DNA of 63,330 nucleotides, filler included, from Alcyonidium flabelliforme (GCA_026167845.1; 51 parts of 51 records of this genome joined end to end with filler, not necessarily neighbours in it); one strand, 5' to 3'. Counted from the first letter of the whole stretch, positions 10,041 through 21,296 are shown. Made by a program: numbers and translations. The notes: generated by a model from the letters alone, not told the origin.

Positions 10041-10348
10041 ATTTACAAGAAAAAAGCCAAAAACTTCAAAAAATCAATCAACGCCTAAATAACGCTGTAG
10101 AGGGCATTAAGAACACTACCGTGGGTGGGTCAGTTGTTTTCAGCGATAACAAAAAGACGTTATCACTTCAAAAAACTCGACCGTCTAGGAAAGCGATTTG
10201 AGGTGGTAATTACCATCTTGAGTGAGGATTGAGGAGCTATGGGCAATANNNNNNNNNNNNNNNNNNNNNNNNNNNNNNNNNNNNNNNNNNNNTTAATTAA
10301 TTAANNNNNNNNNNNNNNNNNNNNNNNNNNNNNNNNNNNNNNNNNNNN

Positions 10349-10487
10349 GCCGGAATGCCGGCTTGAATGATTCACCACATCCTTTGCACTTTTTCTCTGG
10401 CTTTACGCGGCATGAAGCGCAACGAATCTTCGGCCTGCCCCGGCCTGGATTTTTAATTAGCAACTTTCCACACCCTACACAGTTCAT
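10349..10487 (-). CDS. Cys-rich zinc-finger protein N-terminus (often fused to HNH nucleases in phages), 3' truncated
   Basis: GAGGAG RBS, ATGA overlap with upstream gene; CVGC...GRPKIRCASC...CKGC. Confidence 0.6.
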
Positions 10488-11095
10488 AGCGTCTCCTCAA
10501 TCGTGTGGGCATACGTGACCGTGCCGCGAGCAATCCATAACTCATCGACCCCAAACGCGGGCATCGTGTGGGCAGGCCGGGTGGAGCGTCGATGTGCCTT
10601 GATTGGCAGCGGTGCTGGCACGTCCGGCGCGACTTGGTCAACGTCCAGTAGCTCACAACTAAAGCCCGCGTGCTCGTGGGTTGAGTGCTCATGGAAATGG
10701 ATCAAGCCATCCCTCACCGTTGAGTGGCACACTACCTCCTCACCACCAATCCACTGTGAAATAAAGAATGGCGTTGTGAACGATGGACGGTAGATGTCGC
10801 CGTTCCAATCCCATATCTCATCGTCAAGATCGGCACCGGTCTTACTTCGATGAGCCACGGGCACGATGCGATAGCCGAACGGTCCCGGTGTGCATAGCTC
10901 CACGTGTGACGCCTCACCCACTGAGCACGGGATGAAATCACCGTGGACCTTACGGAGCGGCCCGCACTTCATGGGTGGGAGATCACCGGGCGCAATGCCC
11001 ACGTCCTCAACCATCGCGGACGCTCCCGCCATCTCACTGGTGGCGCTGGCTTTCATTTGCTCGATCAAGTCCTCAATCTGGATGTCACTGGTCAT
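10484..11095 (-). CDS. Phage-like protein with DUF6527-like domain
   Basis: WDWNGDIYRPSF...VCHSTVRDGLIHFHEHSTHEHAG matches the W.WNG....PT..PS...CHS.V.DG.I.F..D.TH.LAG pattern. Confidence 0.7.
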   Translation of the reverse strand: MTSDIQIEDLIEQMKASATSEMAGASAMVEDVGIAPGDLPPMKCGPLRKVHGDFIPCSVGEASHVELCTPGPFGYRIVPVAHRSKTGADLDDEIWDWNGDIYRPSFTTPFFISQWIGGEEVVCHSTVRDGLIHFHEHSTHEHAGFSCELLDVDQVAPDVPAPLPIKAHRRSTRPAHTMPAFGVDELWIARGTVTYAHTIEETL

Positions 11096-11188
11096 GGCTT
11101 CTCACATGTCAAGGAACTTGGTAATACCTGGCTTCTCTGGCTTGGGTGGCCGTTCTGGCATCGGCTCACGGCCGACTGGCTTGGGTTT

Positions 11189-11461
11189 TCACTTGTGGGG
11201 CAACGGCGGACTATCATCATCCCGCCGATAGACGCGCTCACCATTGACTACTCGATAGATCAAAGTCCGATGCTGAACTATCCCAAAGGTTTGTGGCTCA
11301 AAGCAATGCGCACAATATGGTGCGCCGATTTGCCTACTACCAACCAGCACGCCGTCACATGCGGTGCACCGATACTCAACTTCCCATCGACTCGGTGGCG
11401 GTTGAGTCTCTGGCGGCTCACCAAGGAACCAATAGATCAAACGTGGTATCCAATCAAACAT
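11189..11461 (-). CDS. Small zinc-ribbon hypothetical protein
   Basis: AAGGAG RBS; CTAC...CAHC. Confidence 0.6.
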   Translation of the reverse strand: MFDWIPRLIYWFLGEPPETQPPPSRWEVEYRCTACDGVLVGSRQIGAPYCAHCFEPQTFGIVQHRTLIYRVVNGERVYRRDDDSPPLPHK

Positions 11462-12090
11462 GGTTATCTCCTTAAAGCCACCAAAGGAACCAAGACGAAT
11501 CGTCGTCTTTCTCGCTCACGGGTGGCCNNNNNNNNNNNNNNNNNNNNNNNNNNNNNNNNNNNNNNNNNNNNTTAATTAATTAANNNNNNNNNNNNNNNNN
11601 NNNNNNNNNNNNNNNNNNNNNNNNNNNAAACCACAGTGCAGCCTATTTGTGCTGTCCTTTTGGCTTAAAATGCGCCGCAGTAGGTAACAGGTAGAAATTT
11701 GGCTTTCAAGACGAGACCAATGTGATTCTACCGATTGACCGGAACAAGTGGTGAGCCCATCATTGTGGTAAAATGTCCTCACATCCGAAGGGAAGTGGAG
11801 TTCCCCGTTTAAGTGAGTCGGGTTGACTCACCACCCCTTGTACGATCTGGCACGAGTTCAACGATGGACTTTACCAACCAACATCCCCTGTCAAGACCAA
11901 TGCTGCTAACATACTGTCCCTGTGTTGAATTTCCCTTGTCACAAAAGTGCGGCGCTCGCCACGGACCACCATTTATATATCAAGTCACTACTACCAAACT
12001 CGACTCCTAAAATCGTCCGCTCAATTCCTCCTAGGTTTTATCCTCCTACTTCTTGTCCGCTCTCAGTCAGAGCCAGCAAAGAATCTCAAT

Positions 12091-12416
12091 ATGGATGTTC
12101 AACCAAAGCTGAAAACAAACCCAGCCGACGCAGTGAATCAAAAAGCACGCAGGAGAAGAAAGTCTCTTTTCAAAAAGGCGTCCGAGTATAGCTCGGAATG
12201 CGATGCCGATATCCATCTCGTTCTTCGGATGAAGGAATCCAGGAAGATCTTCGTTCTGGCCTCAAACACAAAAGATTGGCCTCTTTCCCAACACCAACTA
12301 GTAAGTTCACTGGGTCATCGATTTCGTCGCCAGAAAGGTAATAACTTGATTCCAAGAGGTCTTATCATCCCACACCCATTCAAGTGTCTCCAGGCGACCC
12401 AGAGTCCAAGCCGTGA
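12091..12416 (+). CDS. Fungal MADS-box (SRF-type) mini-protein, 2 exons (12091-12300, 12357-12416), 89 aa
   Basis: RRRKSLFKKASEYSSECDADIHLVL MADS core; GTAAGT...AAG intron; second exon RSYHPTPIQVSP. Confidence 0.8.
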
Positions 12417-14168
12417 ATCTCTATCATGCTAGCTACAAGTGTCTCCCTCAATTGGATGCACTTGTAGGGGCCTCCTGGTTCGTTCAGTCGACCCCTTGCA
12501 ACCTATATCCCTCCAAGGTCGTTCTCTCTTATCACTCTGTGCAAGATATTAACTCCCCAAAGGCTTCTGCTGTGCTCTACTAATTAGAGCATATGCTCTG
12601 GGAATTGAAGATTGTTCAAAGTCGATCAACCTTATGATTCATGTACAAGTGCTGCGGAAAATGTATGACAAACTTAGTCGATCGCGTTGAATGTTCTGAA
12701 AATTCACTTCCACCAAAGGGACCAACGATGGATCCGCCATCCCAAAGGTAAAACGCGGTAGGCTCACCTAGCCAGATAGGGATTGCCCTTATTTGAGCNN
12801 NNNNNNNNNNNNNNNNNNNNNNNNNNNNNNNNNNNNNNNNNNTTAATTAATTAANNNNNNNNNNNNNNNNNNNNNNNNNNNNNNNNNNNNNNNNNNNNGT
12901 TATATTCAAATCATTATTATCTATCCCTCAGATAACATAATTATGTAATTGTAAAGCAAATGTAAATATGTGTAAGGGTTGTTCCGCTTTTAATTGTACG
13001 GGAGGGGCGGAAGGCACTTTTTTTCAGACCCACCACCCAGAATATGAATTTTATTCTGGTACCCACCACCTGGAATTTAAAATTAAAATGGACCCCCACT
13101 ACCCAGAATTTTTTAAAATTAATTTCCCAAGTGCAGCCCTCCACCCACCCACACGAGATCGTTGCGGTGTGGGAATTTCCGTTAATATATCAACTTAAAT
13201 TTTATTCTACAAGTTGATGAAAAATCTGCGATTGCTATAAAACTTAGCCAACAATTGACAATGACGAGAGATAATGGTCGCAGTTAATTCTGTATTATTA
13301 AATATATTGAAAGTCTCACAATGTCAATAGACAGCCCTGCAAGATTCGACCAGACCGTCGAAAACACGGGAGTATTTCTACCTAATCTATCAATTATATT
13401 CATTCAAAACCTTGTCAATTGACGACAGTACGTCCAAAAGTCTGTAAGGCATTCCATTTTAACTCGGAGATTATCAATGCACAGTTTAAATCAACTTCAA
13501 ATGTAATATTAAAGCCTCACTTGCCGAAACACATGTACACCAAAAGCAGGATATGGAACAGACAAACATCTGTCTACCCATTAATGACGGCATTTCATAT
13601 TTTCCAATAACATGGGGATACGAGCCAGGACTTTCGGCAACTATCTCTGTATATTCTCTGAGTGATTTGAGTTAGAATAGTTTAGATAACAATCCATTTC
13701 GTTTATTAAGAGCACAAAATAATCGTATGTTATGTAAGATCACCCATCTATATAATTAGGATGACCTGAACTTTATACCAACCACCCGTCAAATGGATTT
13801 ATTTTCCACCCCACCACCTATAATATGTATTTAAGTACGATACTCACCACCCGTAATATTTCTATTCAACTGGGGTACTCGGGTTATTTTTTGGTGGGGG
13901 TGTGCAGCCGCGTTGAAAATTTTGGATTTGGATTGTATACTTTTCACTGTATTTTTTTGGATTGCTACCGTACCGATATTCAAAAATTTGGATTGCTACC
14001 CACTGTTTACAGCAAATAATTTATATTAATTTTAAAATTTTGGATTACTACCCTTATATTTCACAAAANNNNNNNNNNNNNNNNNNNNNNNNNNNNNNNN
14101 NNNNNNNNNNNNTTAATTAATTAANNNNNNNNNNNNNNNNNNNNNNNNNNNNNNNNNNNNNNNNNNNN

Positions 14169-14481
14169 TATTTTGGAGTTTAGGGCAATAATTCCAGTAC
14201 CCACAAACTCACCCTTAAAGATTCCGGGTGTGCGATGATCAAACGCGTATATCTTATTACAGCACTCCTCTCGAGACCATTCTCCCTGATCTTGCATCTT
14301 GTGAGCGAGGAATGATGACTTATGCTGATCACAATAGGGTCGTGGAAACCACTGGCCATAGTTGTTATAAAAGTTCATCTTTTCTGTGGGTTTTATTATT
14401 GTCTCCAGTGGTGCCGACAGAGCCATGTAAGCGCTATCAGTATCCATTTCGACATACTCAAAGTCCTTGCGATCAACATAT
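14169..14481 (-). mobile_element. Polinton/adintovirus-type protein-primed DNA polymerase B fragment
   Basis: YVDRKDFEYVEMDTDSAYMAL and RTPGIFKGEFVGTGIIALNSK motifs. Confidence 0.85.
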
Positions 14482-14646
14482 CTGTTGTAAAAGAAAATAA
14501 ACGAAAAATTGATACTCTTAGAACATTATAGAAGAAGATGGTAAATTGAGTTATCAAGCGAAAATTACATGAAAGAAAACAAACCTAGTCTAAAGCGTAC
14601 TTAATTTGTCTGTTATAAGGGCGACGACAGTCAAACTTACATCATT

Positions 14647-14830
14647 ATTACCAATATGCTTATGTTTATAACCCCGTCATCGGTGTTGTAAGGTCGACGA
14701 CATCACTTCTAACACCGACGACGGACAAACTAGCAACATAATTACCAATATGATTATGTTTATAACCCCATCGTCGGTGTTGTAAGGGCGACGACGTCAC
14801 TTCTAACACCGACGACAGGCAAACTAACAG
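14647..14830. repeat. Two tandem 94-bp units, each with an internal palindrome
   Basis: ATTACCAATATG at 14647 and 14741; arms TCGTCGGTGTT...AACACCGACGA. Confidence 0.85.
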
Positions 14831-15436
14831 CTCACTTGCAAGTGAAATTAAATATAAAACAAATAAACAAACTCACCTAGCAACTATTGCCAACTCTCTA
14901 TGCCTCTCGATATCAAAGTCCAACTTTCTCTTGTACACCCTACTCTTCTTGAAAGCTGGAGGTCCACCAACGACCATCTCCCCTGGTACATTGTCCGGTG
15001 TCGACGCTTCAAAGACTTCCATTCCCCTTTCTCTTCGGAATTCGGCTCCCTCTGAAATATTGCTTCATCCCATTGACACGAGTTATATACTTGGTAAGCT
15101 GCTGCTGCCTGCGTGTAGCCTACAACAACAATAACAATCATACACGGTTAGTTAACAATAATCACTCACTTGGATAACTGGTAAAAATTTAGAAATTATC
15201 ATATATAATTTGGAGTTGTCCGATTTCTGCCAAATTAATCCAAGATAGCATAATTCCCATGTAACAACATTCAATTTCCGTAATATTGTAGTACATATTA
15301 TAGCGAGGAACCAAGTGATATTATACTTGGCTATGCNNNNNNNNNNNNNNNNNNNNNNNNNNNNNNNNNNNNNNNNNNNNTTAATTAATTAANNNNNNNN
15401 NNNNNNNNNNNNNNNNNNNNNNNNNNNNNNNNNNNN

Positions 15437-16603
15437 ACTGCTTTTTTACACCCTCCCCTCTGCTGCCTGTCCTGTCTGACCATCCTCTTCTTGTCCCTGC
15501 TGGCTCCTGTCCATCTCCATCTGCCTCTCCTGGTCTTCAGTCTGTCCTCCCCCTGTCTTCTGTCTTCTCCGGTCCTACTATGCTCCTTGATCACTTTGCT
15601 CCATCTCCATCTGCCTGATCGTCCTTCCCCTATCCTCTCTTCTCTTCTCCTACTATCGTCCTTGATCACTCCTGTCCATCCCATCCATGTCTGCTCGCCG
15701 CCCTCTTACTGTCCCACCCATCACCTTTGCTTTTCCCCCCCCTATACTGTCTATACTCTTCATACTGTCCATTCTATCCTCTCTCTTGACCCTGTCCCAA
15801 GCCCCTCTGCCTCATCTCTTCTTCTCTCTTGCCTGTCTCCCATCATCCTATTCACTCCCTCCCTCTCCTGCACTTTTATTCACTCTCTCCTGCACTTCTA
15901 TTCCATCTCATCCGAAACTTCTTCCCTCTCCCTGTCATCCTCAATATATATATCTCTTGCTATCACCAACACAATCCTTCTGACTTCCAATTTCCTCCAC
16001 TTACCAACCCACTCCCGTATATTTATATATATCTGTATCCATCTCTCTTCATTCCTTCCCACATATACATTACCATGCCTGCTGTCATCCCATCCCCTCT
16101 TGTCTCTACCAATCTGTTCTAATCTGTTCCTTATCTCTCCAACGACCCCCATCCCTTACCATTTGATCCATCATGAACCCTTACCCTTCCAACCATCATG
16201 AACCCTGACCATGTAAACCAACACAATCCCTTACCCTTGGAATCTTCGTCATCCCTGACCACCCAAACCAACACAATCCCTTACCATCAACAATCCATTC
16301 TGCACTGCCTTCCCTCCACACCATCATCCGCCTCCCCTCCTGTCAATTCATTCCCAATCTGAATACACTCTTTCTCAATCAATCTTCTTCCCGACTCCTT
16401 TCAATCTGTTGCATACTGTCCATAATATTCTGCTTCCTGAATCCCTCTCTCTTATCTCTCATTGTCTCTTATCTCTCACTCTGTCTCTCATACTCTGTCA
16501 CTCCCACTATACTTCTCTGCTCTACACTTCTCTGCGCTACACTTCTCTACTCTACACTTCTCTACTCTACATCTGTACATCGTCAATCCCACCCGCCATC
16601 GAC
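15437..16603. repeat. Pyrimidine-rich low-complexity eukaryotic DNA with 15-bp minisatellite near 16507-16572
   Basis: Extreme C/T skew; CTACACTTCTCTRCT units. Confidence 0.8.
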
Positions 16604-16854
16604 NNNNNNNNNNNNNNNNNNNNNNNNNNNNNNNNNNNNNNNNNNNNTTAATTAATTAANNNNNNNNNNNNNNNNNNNNNNNNNNNNNNNNNNNNNNNNN
16701 NNNTTTTAGCCGTTTATTTGACTTTTTTAATATATTTTCAGTTAATAAAAGGCACTTTTCATCGTAATTGGACCCGAACTAGCTATCGTCATTCAAAGAA
16801 ACAAAGTTACTCGTTTCATACCCGATTATATTTCAGGCCAACCCTCAAACCGTA

Positions 16855-17488
16855 TATCGGGTGGCCCAAAAAAACGTTCCCAAATTTAAAGCCTCATATC
16901 TCCTGAACTCAACATTCTGAAACGTTGAAAATTTGGCCTCATTTACATAATAATATTTTGGTATAATTAGTGGCAAAAATTTCAATACCGTACATTAACA
17001 ACTGTTGACAGGGCAGCAAAATCAAAATGACAAGTCAAAATTTGCCGTTCCGCGGTAATTGCCTTATTTACGTCAAATAATGGCGTTCGATGCGAGAAGC
17101 GAGGAAAGTTCATTCTGACAAGGCACATTGATTTTAAATTACCATAAACGCCGTTCAATGAATTTTTTATGAAATTTGCAGCACAAACACAACATTTGTA
17201 TGTGCAATGCATCCTAAATTTTTAGTGCATTTTAATCTGGAGATTCAAGCAAAAAAGTTCAAGCGAAAAAATCATAGACGCAAACAAAATAACTCCGGAA
17301 CGTAAAATTTCGACTACTAATTTTGTTTTCCTTGCCGTGTCAACAAATATTAACAGATTGTTTTGAAATTATTTCTACTTATTATTTATATAAGTGCGCT
17401 TATGAGAACAAGTGTTCAGCATTTTGGAAAGTTTGGTTTAGAAGATATGTCATGTTGAAGTTGGGGACGTTTTTTTGGGCCACCGATA
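16855..17488. mobile_element. Non-autonomous TIR element (Tc1/mariner-like MITE), TA flanks
   Basis: TATCGGGTGGCCCAAAAAAACG at left and reverse complement CGTTTTTTTGGGCCACCGATA at right; imperfect IR extends over 100 bp; TA on both sides. Confidence 0.85.
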
Positions 17489-18059
17489 TAAGCTTAAGAC
17501 TACACATTTTCAATATCAAAAGAAAAGTTTTTATCAAACCTAATTAAGATAGCACCATCGAACTAAAAGGCGAAGTCATATCAACATTAGCCACCACTTA
17601 TATAAAGTGTTAATTGTAAGTTTTATCTACATGCATTCTCCTTGCATTCCTGGCACTTTCACTAACATTTACTTACTTGAGCGTTGAGGGAAGCTGGTTC
17701 GATTGGTTTGCAGCACATATCAATGACCTTATGGTGGCCACCGGGATGACCAGTGAAGCTAATGCACTTATGATGATTACTGAGTATTCTAAACCGTCTG
17801 ATAGGAGAGGGGCAGTACTTGCTCTGGTGAGGAATGTATTGACGTCATGTCCAGCTCGAGTATAGCGNNNNNNNNNNNNNNNNNNNNNNNNNNNNNNNNN
17901 NNNNNNNNNNNTTAATTAATTAANNNNNNNNNNNNNNNNNNNNNNNNNNNNNNNNNNNNNNNNNNNNAGCTTAATGTCAAGTGGCGAAAATGCCTCGCGA
18001 TCTATGAGCTTAGAATGTATTCCTTAGATTGTGGAATTTTAAGATGTTAAAAGATTTCA

Positions 18060-19050
18060 GAAGTAGCTGCCCAGGTGGATTTTACAAAAGGCTCACTGAA
18101 GATTTTATCACGATGAATGTGATTGTAAAAGTGCATGATGTTTAGTGGAAAGAGGCGGTGCAATCCAGAAACCATTCAGGTCAGGGTAATCAGTACGGCA
18201 AGTAGTGCCACGAGTATGAACATTGCGATTTGAAGACAGAAATTGCACCGTAGCCTCCATCAATGTTCGATTCCACAAGAGTGATGCGACAAGGTACATA
18301 GTTGCATCTGAAGGTAGTGATTGTAGTAAATTGCCCCGAGATATCAAGCGCACCTGCTGATGTCATTGTATTCGATGAATGGACACTACTTTGGGCTACC
18401 AATTGGTCGACTAGAACACTACAGGTGTACACCAATACCATGAAGGTATTTGTAGCACCTGCTCTGATGAAAACAGACATTATAGTTGACTTTGACCGAT
18501 ACTTTAACGATAGCACGAATCAGTATATTTGAGCATTGGGGATCGATAATCAAAACCAGACATGTTCCGATAATTTGGTGATCCTTCTGATCAGATCGAA
18601 GTCTGGAAAAGGTCTCTCCCATATTCCCATCTGTCTATCGTTAACGTCAATTTAATTGCACCTCCTTGTCCTTTTCCAAGCCCCATGTAGATTGACACAA
18701 CGAACTGAACCGTGAATTGCGTTGGATATGTATATGTGAACTGCAGTTTTCTTCAACTCGACAAGTCTCTCTTGCTGAAGCGACTTCATGTGATCACAAA
18801 GAAGGTGGCGTTTCGGTAGTAGTTATGCCCGGGTAATTATGGGACCCTGCCGCTGCAAAATTAGGCAATATACTTTCTGCCGTTGCTATTCGTAACGGTG
18901 AGTCGTCTTCTCTTGCGCTTCGAATGAAGGAAAGTATTACCGCAACAGGGGTTTTATAAAGCAATCACTTCCATCTGTGCTGTTTGACTTACGTTGCCCT
19001 GCTATTAAGAATCGTTGTTTAGTCTCCAATGCCGGAAATGCAAAGATCTT
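18060..19050. pseudogene. Decayed relic of an uncharacterised invertebrate transposon-like large ORF, two pieces in opposite orientation
   Basis: Plus: EIAP*PPSMFD, DVIVFD..LLW, VDFDRY; minus: FIRSAREDDSPL...LPNFAAAGSHNY, GKGQGGAI. Confidence 0.55.
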
Positions 19051-19811
19051 GCTGCAGTAGATTAACGCATAGGCCCGGTCACCAACCAATTATTTGAAAC
19101 CTAATTTAAAGAATCCTAACTATATTCACANNNNNNNNNNNNNNNNNNNNNNNNNNNNNNNNNNNNNNNNNNNNTTAATTAATTAANNNNNNNNNNNNNN
19201 NNNNNNNNNNNNNNNNNNNNNNNNNNNNNNGTTTGTTTAGGGTTGAGCCAAAAGGGAAAGAAACTGGGTATGGTAGAGACGAGAGGCAATCCGGTTAGAT
19301 GTGTACGCGCAAAAACCTACGTACGCTAAGCATAAGAGAGTGTAAAGAACAACCAATCCGCAGTGAATGGCGACTGACAACGCGAACAGCGCGTGTTTGT
19401 GTTGATGTGAAGGGGTGTCGTCCTAAAACGCTGAAGCCCGGGAGCTGATGCAAACGTTTGTGGAAAAAAATTGACGAGGTGTCTGTTTTCTATAAGAAAT
19501 ATTAATAAAACAAAATAGATCAGTAAAACTTACGCGACTTTTTCTTTGACTCGTGGGTGATGTTTTCCACATTGCACCTCTCCATTGGATGCTTTATTGG
19601 TGGACATGCTTGAATTTGTAGTCTCGTGGGTATAGTGCTGTGAATTGAGTTTGAGTTGTGTGCGCTTTGTCGGTGTATTTATATGCTGAAGAGTATATGG
19701 CTTTTGGCCAAAACAATTTGAACCAATTGGTGTCTCAAATACCGGGCAAGGGTCTAGGTTGTTCTGTGGCTCACCGAATGACCACGACTCCCCGACGAGA
19801 ACGATGGGGAC

Positions 19812-20392
19812 TCACTGGGAGAAATATCCATCATCGCTGTCTGCGTGAACGTCTGGGGGAGCGAGGGATGACAGCAACGACTCCCTTCCCAATTCGCGCG
19901 CCAGCATGCTGGGGGGTCTTTGCTCGCGATCCTCGATGGACGGATCGGCCCCCAGCTTGATTAAGGCCCTGAGAGAGTACTCGTGGTTGTTAAGAACCGC
20001 CAAATGGCAGCAGGTAATGCCGTCCGACGAACGCCTGGCGTTAAGAAGTCGGCGAGTGTCGAGAAAATAGTGAAGACCTCTGACCGCGGTGGCAACGGTC
20101 GACACGCATTCCCTGCTTTTGCGTTTTATAGCAACGTGAAAGGGTGTCTCTCCGCTTCTGTTGAGTGCAAACATCAGGTCTGCGGAAGGTAAGAAGGTGT
20201 TTGCGGCGAGTGTTTTGTTTGGTAAAACGCATGCCGCGACTCATACGGGCACAAGGGGGCGACAATGGCATATATAAGAGCCGCTCCTCCGCGAGCGAAC
20301 AAGATATGATGGGAGGTGTTCCCATCACTATCAACGACGGGTTGACCTATCTCACCCGCCACAAAGACTCGTCGGACGATTTGGGCAGAGCA
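19812..20392 (-). CDS. Ankyrin-repeat protein, IkappaB/Cactus-like, frame break near 20175-20185; 5' truncated
   Basis: DSDGNTSHH, NRSGETPFHVA, DGITCCHLAV, LIKLGADPS; acidic tail DSDDGY. Confidence 0.7.
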
Positions 20393-20492
20393 NNNNNNNN
20401 NNNNNNNNNNNNNNNNNNNNNNNNNNNNNNNNNNNNTTAATTAATTAANNNNNNNNNNNNNNNNNNNNNNNNNNNNNNNNNNNNNNNNNNNN

Positions 20493-21153
20493 TCAGCCTT
20501 CCAGCCGACCCCAACGTAATATCCGCCCTTTCCTTACCAACTTGAATCCCCGATTACAAGGTATAAGGAAAATATTTCGTAACAATCACAAAACCCTTCA
20601 CATTTCTCCCATCATGAAAACTATTGTCCCTAACCCCCCTCTTATTTCTTGGCGTAAATGTAAAAGCCTCAAAGATCACCTTGTCTCCACCAACCTACAC
20701 ACCAACAAAACTAAAACCAGACTTCCACCGGGCACTACTAAATGCTCTAAACCTAGATGCAAAATGTGTATAAATATTGAAGAAAATGTCTCATTCACCT
20801 CTAACACAACTAAAGAATCATTCCTCTCAGCCGAACATTCAAATTGCACCACCTTTAATATAATCTATTTGATAACTTGTAAAGTCTGCAATATTCAATA
20901 TGTTGGACAAACCGGTCATAACCTTCAAACCAGATTTCGCAACCACCGTTTCAACATAACACACCAAAATCTTTCTGACAACATTGGCAATCACTTCAAT
21001 CTACCAAACCACAATATTAACGATGTTTCCGTACAAGTAATTGAAAATGTAAAGTATGATAATGTTTTTTTTGGATTAAAAAGAGAGAACTTCTGGATAA
21101 ATAAATTAAAAACTCTGCAACCTTTCGGCCTTAACATCAAAGAAGAAAAGTAA
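20493..21153 (+). mobile_element. Penelope-like element C-terminus: Cys motif plus GIY-YIG endonuclease
   Basis: CSKPRCKMC, NIIYLITCKVCNIQYVGQT, RFRNHR, RENFWINKLKTLQPFGLN. Confidence 0.92.
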
Positions 21154-21255
21154 AACAATTGTTTGACCTTTACGTTTTTTCCGCCAATTATTGTCATATC
21201 TTGTGTGTTGTGTCTTGTATATTATGTCATGTATATGCTATTGTCATTTTCTTAT

Positions 21256-21296
21256 TAGTTCTGACGAAAAACTTTTTTAAGTTCGAAATATTAACA
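21256..21296 (+). ncRNA. Minimal hammerhead ribozyme motif
   Basis: GTT-CTGACGA-AA-AACTT tttt AAGTT-C-GAAA-TA-TT-AAC; intact core, palindromic stem III. Confidence 0.75.

Larger units (their letters stand above)
9068..10248. mobile_element. Putative complete 1,104-bp circular element (minimal Rep-less plasmid)
   Basis: Exact 77-bp terminal direct repeat (9068-9144 = 10172-10248); sigma70 promoters, terminators and oriT-like site; no recognisable protein gene. Confidence 0.8.

Noticed and set aside
9623..10092. Short ORFs on the circle (65-100 aa)
   Set aside because: Overlap on both strands, no recognisable motifs, and they cross palindromes and regulatory sites; the 100-aa ORF has a weak RBS and cannot be fully excluded
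9068..10248. Obelisk or viroid-like RNA circle
   Set aside because: Size fits, but there is no long Oblin-like ORF, no genome-wide rod pairing is evident, and DNA promoter and oriT signals are present
12899..14068. Short degenerate repeats (ACCCACCACC.., TTTGGATTGCTACC) and small ORFs
   Set aside because: Look like fragments of eukaryotic non-autonomous repeats; ends cannot be defined
14647..14830. CRISPR array
   Set aside because: Whole 94-bp units repeat with no unique spacers; eukaryotic context; no repeat-spacer array seen anywhere in the window
15385..16659. ORFs up to 236 aa
   Set aside because: By-product of C/T low complexity that lacks stop codons
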